From a virus: DNA of 61,774 nucleotides. Positions 8,801-18,628 of the stretch are shown in pieces; within the stretch, counting starts at the first letter, position 1, and the number at the start of each line of letters is the position of its first letter. The notes beneath the pieces were generated by a model. That model was not told the DNA's origin. It did not search any database and saw nothing but the letters and a program-made list of their open reading frames with translations. The position numbers and the translations under genes are program-made. Where the stretch lies: the IMG/VR virus record IMGVR_UViG_3300045988_110955, one strand, 5' to 3'.

Positions 8801-11800
8801 GATCACTGATATAGTAGGGAAAGAGGCGTTTGATCAACTGGAGCGTCTGGATAGGAAATTAGCGGATACGCAGAATGTCTATATCGGGTTGGTAAAAGAG
8901 ATAGGGAAAGGGTTGACGATAAATCCATCAAGCTTGTCAGAGTTGAACGCCAAGATCGAGGAGTACAAGAAAAATGTATCAGCGCTTAAAAGCACGATTG
9001 ACACTCTCAATAAGACCAATGACCAGTACAAGAGAAAGATTGATGAGCTGATAGAGGTTAACAAGAGATATGCGGAAGCGGCTGGGAAAGTTCAAAATAG
9101 TTTAGATCAATCATCCTCTTCCGTAGCCAAGGAATCAAACGCTATCTCGGAGAACATGAAAGCCAAGCAACAAGAGGTTGTCATAAGTCAGGAATTGAAG
9201 GGACTCATTGACCAGACATTGGGATCTAGGGAGGAGAATATACGCAGGGTCGCTCAAGAAAGGACGATATTGGCCCAACTATCCAAGGAGAAAAGCCAAT
9301 TGAATAAAATGGAGAAAAGCGGGGCTATCTCAACTAAAGATGCCGCGCAAAAGAGGCAGGATCTGGTAAGGTCAGAATTGCTTCATCGAGAATCCTTGAG
9401 AGAACTGTTGAACATTCTTACGAATGAGACGAAAATGATCAACTCGGCCAACGATAGTTATCAAGAGCAATCGTTGCAATTGGAGAGGCTGAGAAAGGCG
9501 TATCGGATGCTTTCCACGGAAGCCGCTAACAGCAAGTTAGGAGTAGAGTTGCAAAAGAATATAGCGGCTTTGGACACTCAGGTAAAATCTGTTGATAAAA
9601 GTCTGGGACAGCATCAGAGAAACGTGGGTAATTATGTCTCCACATGGGATGGAATGGGAAACGCAATCAATCAATTAACCCGTGAGTTTCCCGCATTCTC
9701 GGTATCTCTACAGACCGGCTTTCTCGCTATCTCTAACAATATCCCTATATTGGTAGACCAAATATCTCGGATAAGGAAGGAGAACGCCGCCTTACGGGAG
9801 GAGGGACTGAAAGGTGTTCCCGTGTGGAAGCAAATAGCTAAGTCCGCTTTGTCTTTGAATACCTTGTTGTCGGTTGGTATAACTCTACTTACCGTATATG
9901 GTAAGGATATCTTTGAGTGGGGTAAAAACTTATTGTCATCCTCTAGCTCGGCTAAGGCCGCTTCGGAAGCCCAGAGAGACTTGAATTCATCCACCGGGGA
10001 TTATGCCAAGGCTTTAAAGAACTCGACATCATCATATGGGGAGAATCTTGTAACATTACGCAACTTACAAGCTGAATGGAATAATTTAGGAGGTAATCTC
10101 AATAAGCAGAAGCAATTTATCATCGACAATGCCTCTGAGTTTAAGAAATTAGATGTGTCAGTTACGGATGTTAATGACGCTGAGAATCTGCTAGTAGATA
10201 ATACGGAGGCTTTTATTAACGCCATGTCGTTAAGAGCGCAAGCCGCCGCCGGACAAAAATTGGCACAAGAAGAATACTCCAAGGCTTTACAGAAAACTAT
10301 TGAGGCGGACAATAAGTTAAAGGAAGCAGAAGAGGCGGAAAAGAATAGAACCGTAGGTGGAGCTCTAAAGATAGGAGCTAGTATAGATGAGTTTTTTGGA
10401 TTAAAGAGAGATTGGGATAAATTATCTGATCAATACGTTGAATCCCTCAGGGAGGAAGCGGACGCTTCCCAGAAAGAGGCGGATGCCTTCAATGCGGCTG
10501 GGGACGTATATCTTGATTATGTCTCTAAACGGTTAAAGGGAGCGAAAGAGATAATGGATAATGCCGGGATAAGTGATTACTCTAACGAGGAGAAACTTAA
10601 ACGACAGCAGGAACAAATAGAACGAGAGGCCAAGCGTAGGGGGAAATTAGAGATGGAGGCCGAACGGAATATTCAGGAGGCCCGTCTTAATGTGATGGAT
10701 GAGGGATATAAGAAAGACCGTCTTCTCTTGGAACAATCTTTCCAGAAACGGATAGATGACGTAAAGACGAAAGGCGTAAGGGTTAATGAGCAAATCGAGG
10801 CTATTGAGGCTGAGAGAAGCAAGAAGTTGGCGGAATTCGACCGTAAGATCTCGGAGCAAAGGGCTAATGAGGAGGCTCAAAATCGTCTTGCGATTGCAGA
10901 AAAAGGTAGCATGGATGAGCTTAATGCCCGTCTAGTCATATTACAATTGCAAAGAGATAAGGAATTAAAAGAGGCTGATAAGACTGAACAGGATAAGTCT
11001 TTGATTGTCGATAAATACAATAAACAAAGGCAGGATCTCTATAGAGATTATTATAAAAACTTGATGTCAACGCAACAATCTCAAAATGAAATATTCCTTT
11101 CTCAAAGGCAGATAGAGATAAACGAAGAGCTTAACATCTTGGCTAAACAATATGAGCAAGGGATTATCAAGAAAAAAGAATATGAGAAACAGAAATCGGA
11201 TTTGGAGCATCAGTATGCTATGGAGTCATTGAACAGCCAATTGCAGATATTGGAGTCAAATCTTTACTTATTTAGCGGGAATGAGCGACTTGAGAAAGAG
11301 AAAGAGATAGCTCGCCTCCGTGTTCAATTATCTAAAGAGACCAGCGATAAAATCATAGAGGATGCCAAACGAGAGGAAGAGGAGCGAAAAAAAGTAGAAC
11401 AGGCTAAAAAGCGCTTGATACAAGAATCTATATCTGCTATCATATCAATCGGTAATTCATTATTTCAACGTCAAATAGATAATGTAGATGCTGAAATAGA
11501 GGCTAACCAAGATGAGTATGACGCTAAGGTTGAGACTATAGACGCTCTTGCCGAGAAGGATATAATAACGACAGAGGAGGCCGAGGCCCGCAAGCGTGCG
11601 GCGGAGGAAGAGACCAGCCGCAAGAACAAGGAACTGGAGAAGAAAAAAGCCGAGTTGCAGACTAGACAGGCGAAGTTCCAGAAGGCGATGGATATAGCCC
11701 AGACTATAGCTGCCACATCTCTAGCTGTCACTAAAGCTTTGCCTAATTTTGTCCTAGCGGCACTAGTCGGGGCGATGGGTGCCGTACAACTCGCCACGAT

Positions 11801-12197
11801 CCTCGCCCAACCCATCCCCAAATATGCCCATGGTACCGACAATCACCCCGGCGGTCTGGCTATCGTTGGCGATGGAGGCCGTAGCGAGGCGGTATTGGTA
11901 GGAGATAAAGCGTACATTACCCCGGATAAGCCCACCTTGCTGTCATTGCCTGCGGGAGCCGAGGTCGTTCCGGATCTCAATGATCCGGCTTTCCTTAGCC
12001 GCTTCGTGGATAACATGTATTGGATCACCCACAACAAGAAAGGCGAGCCGGTTCAGATCGTCAATAATTTCGACGCTGAAGGGATAATAAGGGCTAATAA
12101 TGAGATAAAAAAAGAGATAGGCAAGCTATCTAAAACCATATCCAAGGGCAGCAAGAGCATCGATTTCGAGAATTACAAGAGATCGAGGATGAATTGA
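8781..12197 (+). CDS. Tail tape measure protein
   Basis: 1138 aa. Long coiled-coil K/E/Q-rich stretches and internal hydrophobic segments (GFLAISNNIPILV, LAALVGAMGAVQLATILAQP). Confidence 0.85.
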   Translation: MAGNETKITDIVGKEAFDQLERLDRKLADTQNVYIGLVKEIGKGLTINPSSLSELNAKIEEYKKNVSALKSTIDTLNKTNDQYKRKIDELIEVNKRYAEAAGKVQNSLDQSSSSVAKESNAISENMKAKQQEVVISQELKGLIDQTLGSREENIRRVAQERTILAQLSKEKSQLNKMEKSGAISTKDAAQKRQDLVRSELLHRESLRELLNILTNETKMINSANDSYQEQSLQLERLRKAYRMLSTEAANSKLGVELQKNIAALDTQVKSVDKSLGQHQRNVGNYVSTWDGMGNAINQLTREFPAFSVSLQTGFLAISNNIPILVDQISRIRKENAALREEGLKGVPVWKQIAKSALSLNTLLSVGITLLTVYGKDIFEWGKNLLSSSSSAKAASEAQRDLNSSTGDYAKALKNSTSSYGENLVTLRNLQAEWNNLGGNLNKQKQFIIDNASEFKKLDVSVTDVNDAENLLVDNTEAFINAMSLRAQAAAGQKLAQEEYSKALQKTIEADNKLKEAEEAEKNRTVGGALKIGASIDEFFGLKRDWDKLSDQYVESLREEADASQKEADAFNAAGDVYLDYVSKRLKGAKEIMDNAGISDYSNEEKLKRQQEQIEREAKRRGKLEMEAERNIQEARLNVMDEGYKKDRLLLEQSFQKRIDDVKTKGVRVNEQIEAIEAERSKKLAEFDRKISEQRANEEAQNRLAIAEKGSMDELNARLVILQLQRDKELKEADKTEQDKSLIVDKYNKQRQDLYRDYYKNLMSTQQSQNEIFLSQRQIEINEELNILAKQYEQGIIKKKEYEKQKSDLEHQYAMESLNSQLQILESNLYLFSGNERLEKEKEIARLRVQLSKETSDKIIEDAKREEEERKKVEQAKKRLIQESISAIISIGNSLFQRQIDNVDAEIEANQDEYDAKVETIDALAEKDIITTEEAEARKRAAEEETSRKNKELEKKKAELQTRQAKFQKAMDIAQTIAATSLAVTKALPNFVLAALVGAMGAVQLATILAQPIPKYAHGTDNHPGGLAIVGDGGRSEAVLVGDKAYITPDKPTLLSLPAGAEVVPDLNDPAFLSRFVDNMYWITHNKKGEPVQIVNNFDAEGIIRANNEIKKEIGKLSKTISKGSKSIDFENYKRSRMN

Positions 12198-12206
12198 GCG
12201 TAAAAC

Positions 12207-12317
12207 TTGCTTTTCTTATTCTTTCTAGTTATATTTGCTGGACATACAAGAAGACAGTAGAGCCTAAGAGCCATACCCGATAGAGTCACGTCTATGGGGT
12301 GTGGCTCTTTTTGTTTT
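12207..12317 (+). promoter_or_regulatory. Late cassette copy B (diverged)
   Basis: TTGC-N19-TATATTTG (12230-12237), AGAGCCTAAGAGCC, hairpin at 12267-12309, then a U-tract. The inner stem is changed in a compensatory way relative to copy A. Confidence 0.55.
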
Positions 12318-12374
12318 TACTGGTCAGCCTACCACAACAGGCTAGGAAGATTTTGGGCGACAGCGGTCGCTAAC

Positions 12375-12422
12375 AGCCTCCTTGATACGATGTGTTGTGG
12401 CTCGTGTCGGGGAGGCTTTTTC
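12375..12422 (+). terminator. Rho-independent terminator
   Basis: AGCCTCC / GGAGGCT stem followed by TTTTT. Confidence 0.6.
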
Positions 12423-12526
12423 ATTAAGAGGTGCCAAAGTAATCAAAATAACAAAGTCGTTTTGATCTTGTGGCTAAAATTGCGGGAGAAAAAGATAATA
12501 ATATAACAAGATAAATACGATTGTTC

Positions 12527-13186
12527 ATGAAGACAAATCAAGAGATGATCAGAAAAATGGGTAATTTCAATGTTATCCAGCGGACAAAGGATGGCATGTT
12601 TAATGCCACTGATTTATTGAAGCAATGGAATAATCAATCGTGCAGCGAAAGAAAAATGGATAATTTTTTCGCTTCTCATAAAACCAATGAGTTCATTAAT
12701 ACAATAATTGAACGGGAAAAACTAAATACCCCAAAAATGGTGTATTTAAAAACTAGAGGCAAAAAAGGTGGTACATGGATGCATCCGATGCTGTTTATAG
12801 ATTTTGCGATGTGGATTAATCCAGAATTTAAATACGATGTCATAAAATTCGTACATGATGAGATGATCCGTTACCGTAACGAAGCCGGTGATGCTTACAG
12901 GGAATTGTCCTCCGCTGTCATGAAGATCGTTCCGAATGATTTCATGCCAAAAGCCATGAGAAAAATAGGAGAGGCTTTAAACTGGATAATCTTCAACGGC
13001 CACGAGAGATTATTGAGAAACAAGCACGGTGACGAAAGCAAGCAACGTGAACTGTGGCAACTGGAGAAGAAGGTAGCCGATCTGATAAACGAGGGATTTA
13101 TTACCTCATACGATCCGCTTATCAACTATCTACGGAAGCTTTATAATAAAAAGAATAATCCAGCGGTATTTAACCAAGCGGTATAG
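12527..13186 (+). CDS. KilA-N domain protein
   Basis: DGMFNATDLLKQW...TNEFI...GGTWMHPMLFIDFAMWINPEF matches the KilA-N pattern. The track start 12521 is TTG; ATG is at 12527. Confidence 0.75.
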   Translation: MKTNQEMIRKMGNFNVIQRTKDGMFNATDLLKQWNNQSCSERKMDNFFASHKTNEFINTIIEREKLNTPKMVYLKTRGKKGGTWMHPMLFIDFAMWINPEFKYDVIKFVHDEMIRYRNEAGDAYRELSSAVMKIVPNDFMPKAMRKIGEALNWIIFNGHERLLRNKHGDESKQRELWQLEKKVADLINEGFITSYDPLINYLRKLYNKKNNPAVFNQAV

Positions 13187-13214
13187 AAGATTTTAAACAA
13201 CTAAAAATTAAAAT

Positions 13215-13643
13215 ATGGATTTGAACTATTTAGACTTATTGATTCATCTAGCGACGGAACTGAAAAAGGAAAAGATTAAACGTATTGAGGCTGAACGAAA
13301 GATTGAGTCTGACCTTCCCAAGGTTTTGTTTGCGGACGCTATATCCCGATCCCAACGCTCATGTTTGATCCCGGAGCTAGCAAAGATATTACAGCATAAC
13401 GGTGTCAATATTGATGCGGAGCGTCTATTAGCGTGGATGCGAAAGAATAATTATCTGCATGAGGAAGAAGAATATTTCAATCAACCTACCCAAAAATCCA
13501 TTGATCTGGGTTTATTCGAAGTAAAGAGCACTATTATAAATAAGATGAATGGAACCTTATTAGAGACGATTGTCATAAAAGTAACAGGCAAAGGCCAAGT
13601 TTACTTCGTGAACAAGTTTTTAGGTAATAAGGAGGCTTGTTAA
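13215..13643 (+). CDS. Antirepressor, KilAC/ANT C-terminal domain protein
   Basis: LPKVLFADAI...ELAKIL...LLAWMRKNNYL...PTQKSIDLGLFEV pattern. Confidence 0.7.
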   Translation: MDLNYLDLLIHLATELKKEKIKRIEAERKIESDLPKVLFADAISRSQRSCLIPELAKILQHNGVNIDAERLLAWMRKNNYLHEEEEYFNQPTQKSIDLGLFEVKSTIINKMNGTLLETIVIKVTGKGQVYFVNKFLGNKEAC

Positions 13644-13719
13644 AAACATAATAGACATGATTTGGTTTAGTTTTCATAAGCCCCCTCATGTCGTGAGACA
13701 GCAAGGGGGGATAAAAATA

Positions 13720-14190
13720 TTAATGATCGTAAACGTCTCCGAAGTTTGTCTCAATGAAAAATATATAAAATATCTTTCCGTCCTGTTTTCCAACGAATGG
13801 CCTATTGTCTCCATTTGCCCTAAAAACGTCCAATTCCACTTCAGGTGTAATAAATTTAGGGAGCCTGTCTTTTGGCTTTATTTGGTCTCGTGTTATTTTC
13901 TCAATGCCAAATTCATGCCTTCCTGATACCCTTATCTCTTTCCATCCTAATTCCGATAACTTCTGTAATCTAATTAAAAAGTCATGAAAAAAAGAATGGT
14001 CTTTACATTTATCAATTGAAAAGTCTATTAAATATTTAAAAGAGAATAGTGGATGATCTATATTTGATAATGTTTCTATCTCTGATCTACTGATTTTATT
14101 ATTATATATAGCGTCATTTATAAATTTTAAATCATCATCTTTTTTATTAGCCTTCTTTTTCGACTTTTTCTTTCCATTATTAGATTTCAT
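13720..14190 (-). CDS. Uncharacterised protein downstream of the Panacea antitoxin; candidate toxin
   Basis: 156 aa with a lysine-rich N-terminus. Its ATG overlaps the stop of 14187..14630 (ATGA). I recognise no domain. Confidence 0.5.
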   Translation of the reverse strand: MKSNNGKKKSKKKANKKDDDLKFINDAIYNNKISRSEIETLSNIDHPLFSFKYLIDFSIDKCKDHSFFHDFLIRLQKLSELGWKEIRVSGRHEFGIEKITRDQIKPKDRLPKFITPEVELDVFRANGDNRPFVGKQDGKIFYIFFIETNFGDVYDH

Positions 14191-14630
14191 TTTAAACGAG
14201 ATTTAAAAAATGAAGTGAGCTTATCTTTTGAAATAACGTTTCCTTCTCCTTTTGGGGTAGATATCCAGGGGGATTCATTATGAGTCATATTCATCAAGCC
14301 TGTAGCGGAGTATTTACCATACACTTTATACACCTCATTGAATAATGCCTCTTCTTTTCTATCCTCAAAAGAGAACTTTATCTCATTATCCGGAATAATC
14401 CCATTTCTACCATTTCCTTTATAATGATTATAAACGGAAGGAACCACCGGACCATACATCCAAGCTTCTATTTCATCATCAAAAAGAGGTGTGCCAAAAT
14501 ATGCGAGATGAAAGCCTTGTTGATAATATAGCATTTTCTGAAGCTTCAAATTTGTCATCAATTCACCGTCACTTGCCCTATATGCTTTAACAAGAAGCTG
14601 GTTTGCAATGTCTATTACTTTGTATGCCAT
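14187..14630 (-). CDS. Panacea (SocA-like, DUF4065) domain antitoxin
   Basis: TNLKLQKMLYYQQGFHLAYFGTPLFDDEIEAWMYGPVVPSVY is the hallmark Panacea motif. Confidence 0.75.
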   Translation of the reverse strand: MAYKVIDIANQLLVKAYRASDGELMTNLKLQKMLYYQQGFHLAYFGTPLFDDEIEAWMYGPVVPSVYNHYKGNGRNGIIPDNEIKFSFEDRKEEALFNEVYKVYGKYSATGLMNMTHNESPWISTPKGEGNVISKDKLTSFFKSRLK

Positions 14631-14698
14631 GACTTTTAAATTTAATTAGTACAAGATATATATATGATCGATAAATGACCATAAAAAAGAAGGTTTAT

Positions 14699-14866
14699 TC
14701 AAATCATATAGGGATAAACATCAATTCTTCTATCAAGTAACTCTTTAGACGTAAGGGATCTGAACTTTACTTGGATATCCTTCTTTTCTGAAACTGCGGT
14801 CACAATTTTGCTATTAACATCTTTGGGCCGCATGTCCTTACTGTTTTTGACTGTGCCCATATTCAT
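14699..14866 (-). CDS. Small ORF upstream of the Panacea gene
   Basis: 55 codons read by hand (MNMGTVKNSK...VYPYMI). Below the track's size cutoff. Confidence 0.3.
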   Translation of the reverse strand: MNMGTVKNSKDMRPKDVNSKIVTAVSEKKDIQVKFRSLTSKELLDRRIDVYPYMI

Positions 14867-15051
14867 TCATCTTTGTTGTTTTCGACACAAAGATGAGATA
14901 AACTGGATAACAAACAAATTTTTTTTAGCTAAAAAAACTAACAAAGATTAAATATAGTTGTAAGTGGTTGAGTGACAGATATTATATAGTTTTGGGCGTT
15001 GAGTCTTTAAATCCGTTTAGGGCATTCCTTAGCAAAACATTGGATTGTCTC

Positions 15052-15089
15052 ATGTAAAAATCCCCTCCTTGCGTAAATGCGGGGAGGGG
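15052..15089 (-). terminator. Rho-independent terminator of the XRE-lipoprotein-YbjQ operon
   Basis: CCCCTCC / GGAGGGG stem. On the - strand it is followed by ATTTTTAC. Confidence 0.7.
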
Positions 15090-15097
15090 GGAAATGC

Positions 15098-16096
15098 TTA
15101 ATTGAATGATGATCGTATGGCTTGGATTTTTAGTTTAAACATATCTAATATGGATAGTTCATTAGGACTTAGTCCTTTTATGTTCTCTCCACATTCACTA
15201 CAACAAACATGGTCAATATCATTTTTATGCCCATTAGGACAAATATACTTTTTATTTTCTTTTCCAAATAACCCTTTTACAATCTCATATTTGCCTTTGT
15301 CTGGCAAGTTATCTATTTGGGTTATAATTTTATCCATAATTTGTAGATCACTCCTATCATAATAAGGTTTGTCTGCATTCATTGTGCCTATTGCCTTTTT
15401 TAAATCTATCTGAATCAAGTCTAAAGTTAAAGAAGGATCAAATAATTGACATTTTCTTATAATATCAAGAACTGATACGTCTTCCTTTAGTTTGTTATAT
15501 AGAACTTTTGTTGTTATATCGTATGGTAAATTAGAAATAACTTTAGTTATATAGAGTATAGATCTATCATACTGATCAACAGAGTTTGCATAATAAATAT
15601 ACTTTTCTATAAGAGGATAGAGATAGTCGGTAGAAGGATTGTTTATCATAAATTCAAAATCTTCATCTGATATAGGCTTTGCTTCCTTTATTTGGTTTAT
15701 TATCCTTATTTTCTCTATTGTATCTTGAATTTTTGCAGAAGATATTGAGTTCTGATTGTTGTCTTCTTGCAATTTACATGCAGTTCCTGATGCTGATACC
15801 ATAAACATTGATTTTCCACCTCCAGATATTTCATCAATGTCTATGTGCAACCCTAGTATTGCATTTCCTCCCTTTTTTATGGTTTTGTTCTTTAAATCGG
15901 ATATAGCTTCTTCCCTTATAATCTCAAGTTTTCTTTCATATGAACTTGATTTACCCCCAAATATATCAGATAAAGATGCTGACATGTCTGAAAACAAGTT
16001 GGTGCCTATAACTAAAGAAGAGCAGACTAACCCTAAATATTCTTGAATAGGCTTATTTTCTATAAAAGAAGTTGTTGTAATGATGATGTCTTTCAT
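15098..16096 (-). CDS. YbjQ/DUF74 (UPF0145) domain fused to an unknown ~220-aa region ending in a zinc ribbon
   Basis: The N-terminal ~105 aa (IITTTSFIENKPI...GGNAILGLHIDIDEI...MFMVSASGTACKL) fits the YbjQ fold family. The C-terminus has CPNGH...CCSECG. Confidence 0.6.
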   Translation of the reverse strand: MKDIIITTTSFIENKPIQEYLGLVCSSLVIGTNLFSDMSASLSDIFGGKSSSYERKLEIIREEAISDLKNKTIKKGGNAILGLHIDIDEISGGGKSMFMVSASGTACKLQEDNNQNSISSAKIQDTIEKIRIINQIKEAKPISDEDFEFMINNPSTDYLYPLIEKYIYYANSVDQYDRSILYITKVISNLPYDITTKVLYNKLKEDVSVLDIIRKCQLFDPSLTLDLIQIDLKKAIGTMNADKPYYDRSDLQIMDKIITQIDNLPDKGKYEIVKGLFGKENKKYICPNGHKNDIDHVCCSECGENIKGLSPNELSILDMFKLKIQAIRSSFN

Positions 16097-16167
16097 GATG
16101 TTTATTTTATATAATAATGAAAATAACTAAAATAGAAGGAGAATGAGTGATATAAATGTTAGGTGAA

Positions 16168-16758
16168 TTATTCAGTGAAATATTTTGGAATAAAGTTTAG
16201 ATCCTTATCAAAAACATAATATAGCGTGTCTAGGATATTAAAAGCGTTCTCTCCATTTTGTTTTACAAATGATGTTTTTAAGAATACTTTAAACTCAAAT
16301 ATTGTATTTGGGTTTTTACGATTATCTATCAAGGTGTCTAATTTTTTAGCCATGTCTGTGTAATAACTTAAAGAGTCTCCGTATTCTTGTAGTTTCTTAT
16401 TGGCCTCTTGTGCATTATTAATAGACATATCTCTTAAATCTTTCATGCCTATATTGTTATATAAGGTTGCTTCTTGGCTTTCTTTTTTGATTATACTAAG
16501 TTGTTCTTTTTGTTTTTTTAGAAAAGATTCTGCTGTTTCTATATACTTTGCAGCTTTGATTTTGTCAATAATATTCTCGTCTATAGTATCATATCCAATA
16601 GGAGTAAAACTATGAAATTCAACTTTAAGATTATCCTTAAATGCCATATCATTAATATATGATTTGACCTTACCTGACATTATATCTATATTTTTCTCAT
16701 ATCCATTTTTGCATGATGTTAACAAAATAGACATGATGGATAGTATTATGTATTTCAT
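16168..16758 (-). CDS. Lipoprotein
   Basis: Signal peptide with lipobox (ILLTSC). 196 aa. Confidence 0.7.
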   Translation of the reverse strand: MKYIILSIMSILLTSCKNGYEKNIDIMSGKVKSYINDMAFKDNLKVEFHSFTPIGYDTIDENIIDKIKAAKYIETAESFLKKQKEQLSIIKKESQEATLYNNIGMKDLRDMSINNAQEANKKLQEYGDSLSYYTDMAKKLDTLIDNRKNPNTIFEFKVFLKTSFVKQNGENAFNILDTLYYVFDKDLNFIPKYFTE

Positions 16759-16842
16759 TTGTTAAACATAATATTGATTAATATTACGCAAATATATATT
16801 TTATTGTATTTGTGTTTATGATATTATATGTGTTTTACAACA

Positions 16843-17097
16843 TCATTCCACCTTAATCTTCAATGGATGCCCGCAATTAGGGCATTTATACCCTCCATCA
16901 TTCTCTTTTTGTACTTCAGAAGGGGAGGCGAAAAGCTGCCATACTGGTACTCCTATAGCATTAGCTATATTGGTTATTACTTTTACTGAAGGATTACCCG
17001 ATATGCTTTGGTTTAAAGCACTCAAGGTTACATTTAATTTTTCTGCGACTTGTTTAGTAGTCATGCCTTGTTCTTCTATAGCTTCTCTTATTCTCAT
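16843..17097 (-). CDS. XRE-family HTH regulator with a C-terminal CxxC zinc ribbon
   Basis: MTTKQVAEKLNVTLSALNQSISGNPS HTH; YKCPNCGHPL at the C-terminus. Confidence 0.8.
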   Translation of the reverse strand: MRIREAIEEQGMTTKQVAEKLNVTLSALNQSISGNPSVKVITNIANAIGVPVWQLFASPSEVQKENDGGYKCPNCGHPLKIKVE

Positions 17098-17144
17098 GAT
17101 GTAAAGTTATTTCTTGCACAAAAGTATTTTTATTAATCATACAA

Positions 17145-17224
17145 ACAAGGTATGTCTTGTGTAATTAATGTTAAAACAAAGATATATCTTGTTTTATTTA
17201 TTGTTTAGACAAGATATAGCTTGT
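17145..17224. promoter_or_regulatory. Three ACAAG-N6-CTTGT operator-like palindromes in the divergent promoter region
   Basis: Sites at 17145-17160, 17175-17193 and 17209-17224. The last abuts a TATATTTG box (17224-17231) facing 17258. Confidence 0.55.
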
Positions 17225-17257
17225 ATATTTGCATCGTCAAAATAAAACAACAGTACA

Positions 17258-17509
17258 ATGGCAACACAGAAATATAACAAGAGTGAGATTATGAAAGAAG
17301 CGCATAAGATCTATAGAGAGTGCAAGATGTACGGACGTACATTCGGCTCGTGCCTTAAACAGGCTTGGGGATCGGCGAAAGCGATGGTGCAGCTTGCGGA
17401 AAAACGTGCGGCGTTTGCCAAGGAACTTGCGGAAAGATCCCATGCTGTAAGACTTACTCATGTCGGTATGGCTAGCCTTTACGGTAACAGGGTTTATTCG
17501 GGTGATTGA
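17258..17509 (+). CDS. Hypothetical protein
   Basis: 83 aa. First gene of the rightward operon. Confidence 0.6.
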   Translation: MATQKYNKSEIMKEAHKIYRECKMYGRTFGSCLKQAWGSAKAMVQLAEKRAAFAKELAERSHAVRLTHVGMASLYGNRVYSGD

Positions 17510-17532
17510 TATACATTAATAATATAAGGAAT

Positions 17533-17793
17533 ATGGAAACGATAGAAGTTTTGAAGAACGTGCAAAGGATTGCGTTGGAGTGTATGATCGGAAGGAAACC
17601 GGTACATATAAATGTAGGCGTTATGCCGGAGACGGGCGGTTTATGCGTCACCGTACAGGACAGATCTCACGAGGTAGTCTACATGGAGATATTCAATGAC
17701 TGGATGCCGGATCACAAGGAATGGAATAAAAAGACCTACGATAGGTTCATGAGTGTAATTAGCGACATGACCTGCGTAAGGCTTGCGGGATAA
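17533..17793 (+). CDS. Hypothetical protein
   Basis: The track start 17506 is TTG; ATG is at 17533. Confidence 0.55.
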   Translation: METIEVLKNVQRIALECMIGRKPVHINVGVMPETGGLCVTVQDRSHEVVYMEIFNDWMPDHKEWNKKTYDRFMSVISDMTCVRLAG

Positions 17794-17887
17794 CTCGAAC
17801 GACGGGGAGAGGATCGGAAGTAGATGCCCCTCCGGTAATATCGCCGGAGGGTTTGAAGGGATTTTCAACAACAAATATATTAAGATC

Positions 17888-18628
17888 ATGAAAGAATTAG
17901 TATTTAAAGGCGATAATAATCGCATTTTCACGAACAGCTTATTGGTCGCTGAGAAGTTTGGCAAATTACATAAAGATGTAATGAGAGCGATAAAAGCATT
18001 ATTGACATCGGCGCAAAATTGCGCCAGTCTCTTCATAGAGTCGGAATATCCAGACAATTATGGACGTATTCAGCCAATGTATATTATGAATCGTGATGGA
18101 TTTACATTATTGGTTATGGGCTTTACTGGTGATAAGGCCCTTCAATTCAAGTTAGATTATATTGAGGCTTTCAACCGTATGGAAGAGCAGATCAAGACTG
18201 GAGATTTCCAGATTCCACAATCTTTCTCGGAGGCGTTGATGTTGGCGGCCAAGCAGCAAGAGCAGATAGAACAGGCAAATAGAACTATCAGCAAGCTCCA
18301 GCCCAAGGCCGATTTCGCGGACAAGGCTTTCGAGACCTCGGACAAGGTTGATATCGGTATGGCTGCGAAGATATTGAAATTAGGGTTCGGAAGAAACATC
18401 CTCTTCAAGAAGCTTAAAGAAATAGGCGTGTTCTTCTCCAACCGGAACGAGCCAAAACAGAAGTACATCAACGCCGGGTATTTCGAGATGACCGAGAAGT
18501 TTATTGAGAGGGAGAATCATCCGGGCTTTGTCGTGACGAAGGTACTCGTAACCCAGAAGGGGCTGGCTTACATAAACCATCTTCTGGGAGGTGATCCCGG
18601 TGACGGTAAGATTACTAGGATTGTTTGA
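17888..18628 (+). CDS. Rha-family regulatory protein fused to a KilAC/ANT antirepressor domain
   Basis: FTNSLLVAEKFGKLHKDVMRAI...YIMNRDGFTLLVMGFTGDKALQFK (Rha). C-terminal ADFADKAF...AAKILKLG...INAGYFE (KilAC). ATG at 17888. Confidence 0.8.
   Translation: MKELVFKGDNNRIFTNSLLVAEKFGKLHKDVMRAIKALLTSAQNCASLFIESEYPDNYGRIQPMYIMNRDGFTLLVMGFTGDKALQFKLDYIEAFNRMEEQIKTGDFQIPQSFSEALMLAAKQQEQIEQANRTISKLQPKADFADKAFETSDKVDIGMAAKILKLGFGRNILFKKLKEIGVFFSNRNEPKQKYINAGYFEMTEKFIERENHPGFVVTKVLVTQKGLAYINHLLGGDPGDGKITRIV

Noticed and set aside
12294-12506. 70-aa + strand ORF after the tape measure
   Set aside because: It starts inside the cassette B hairpin and spans two further hairpins and a terminator. The sequence is Cys/Gly-rich nonsense.
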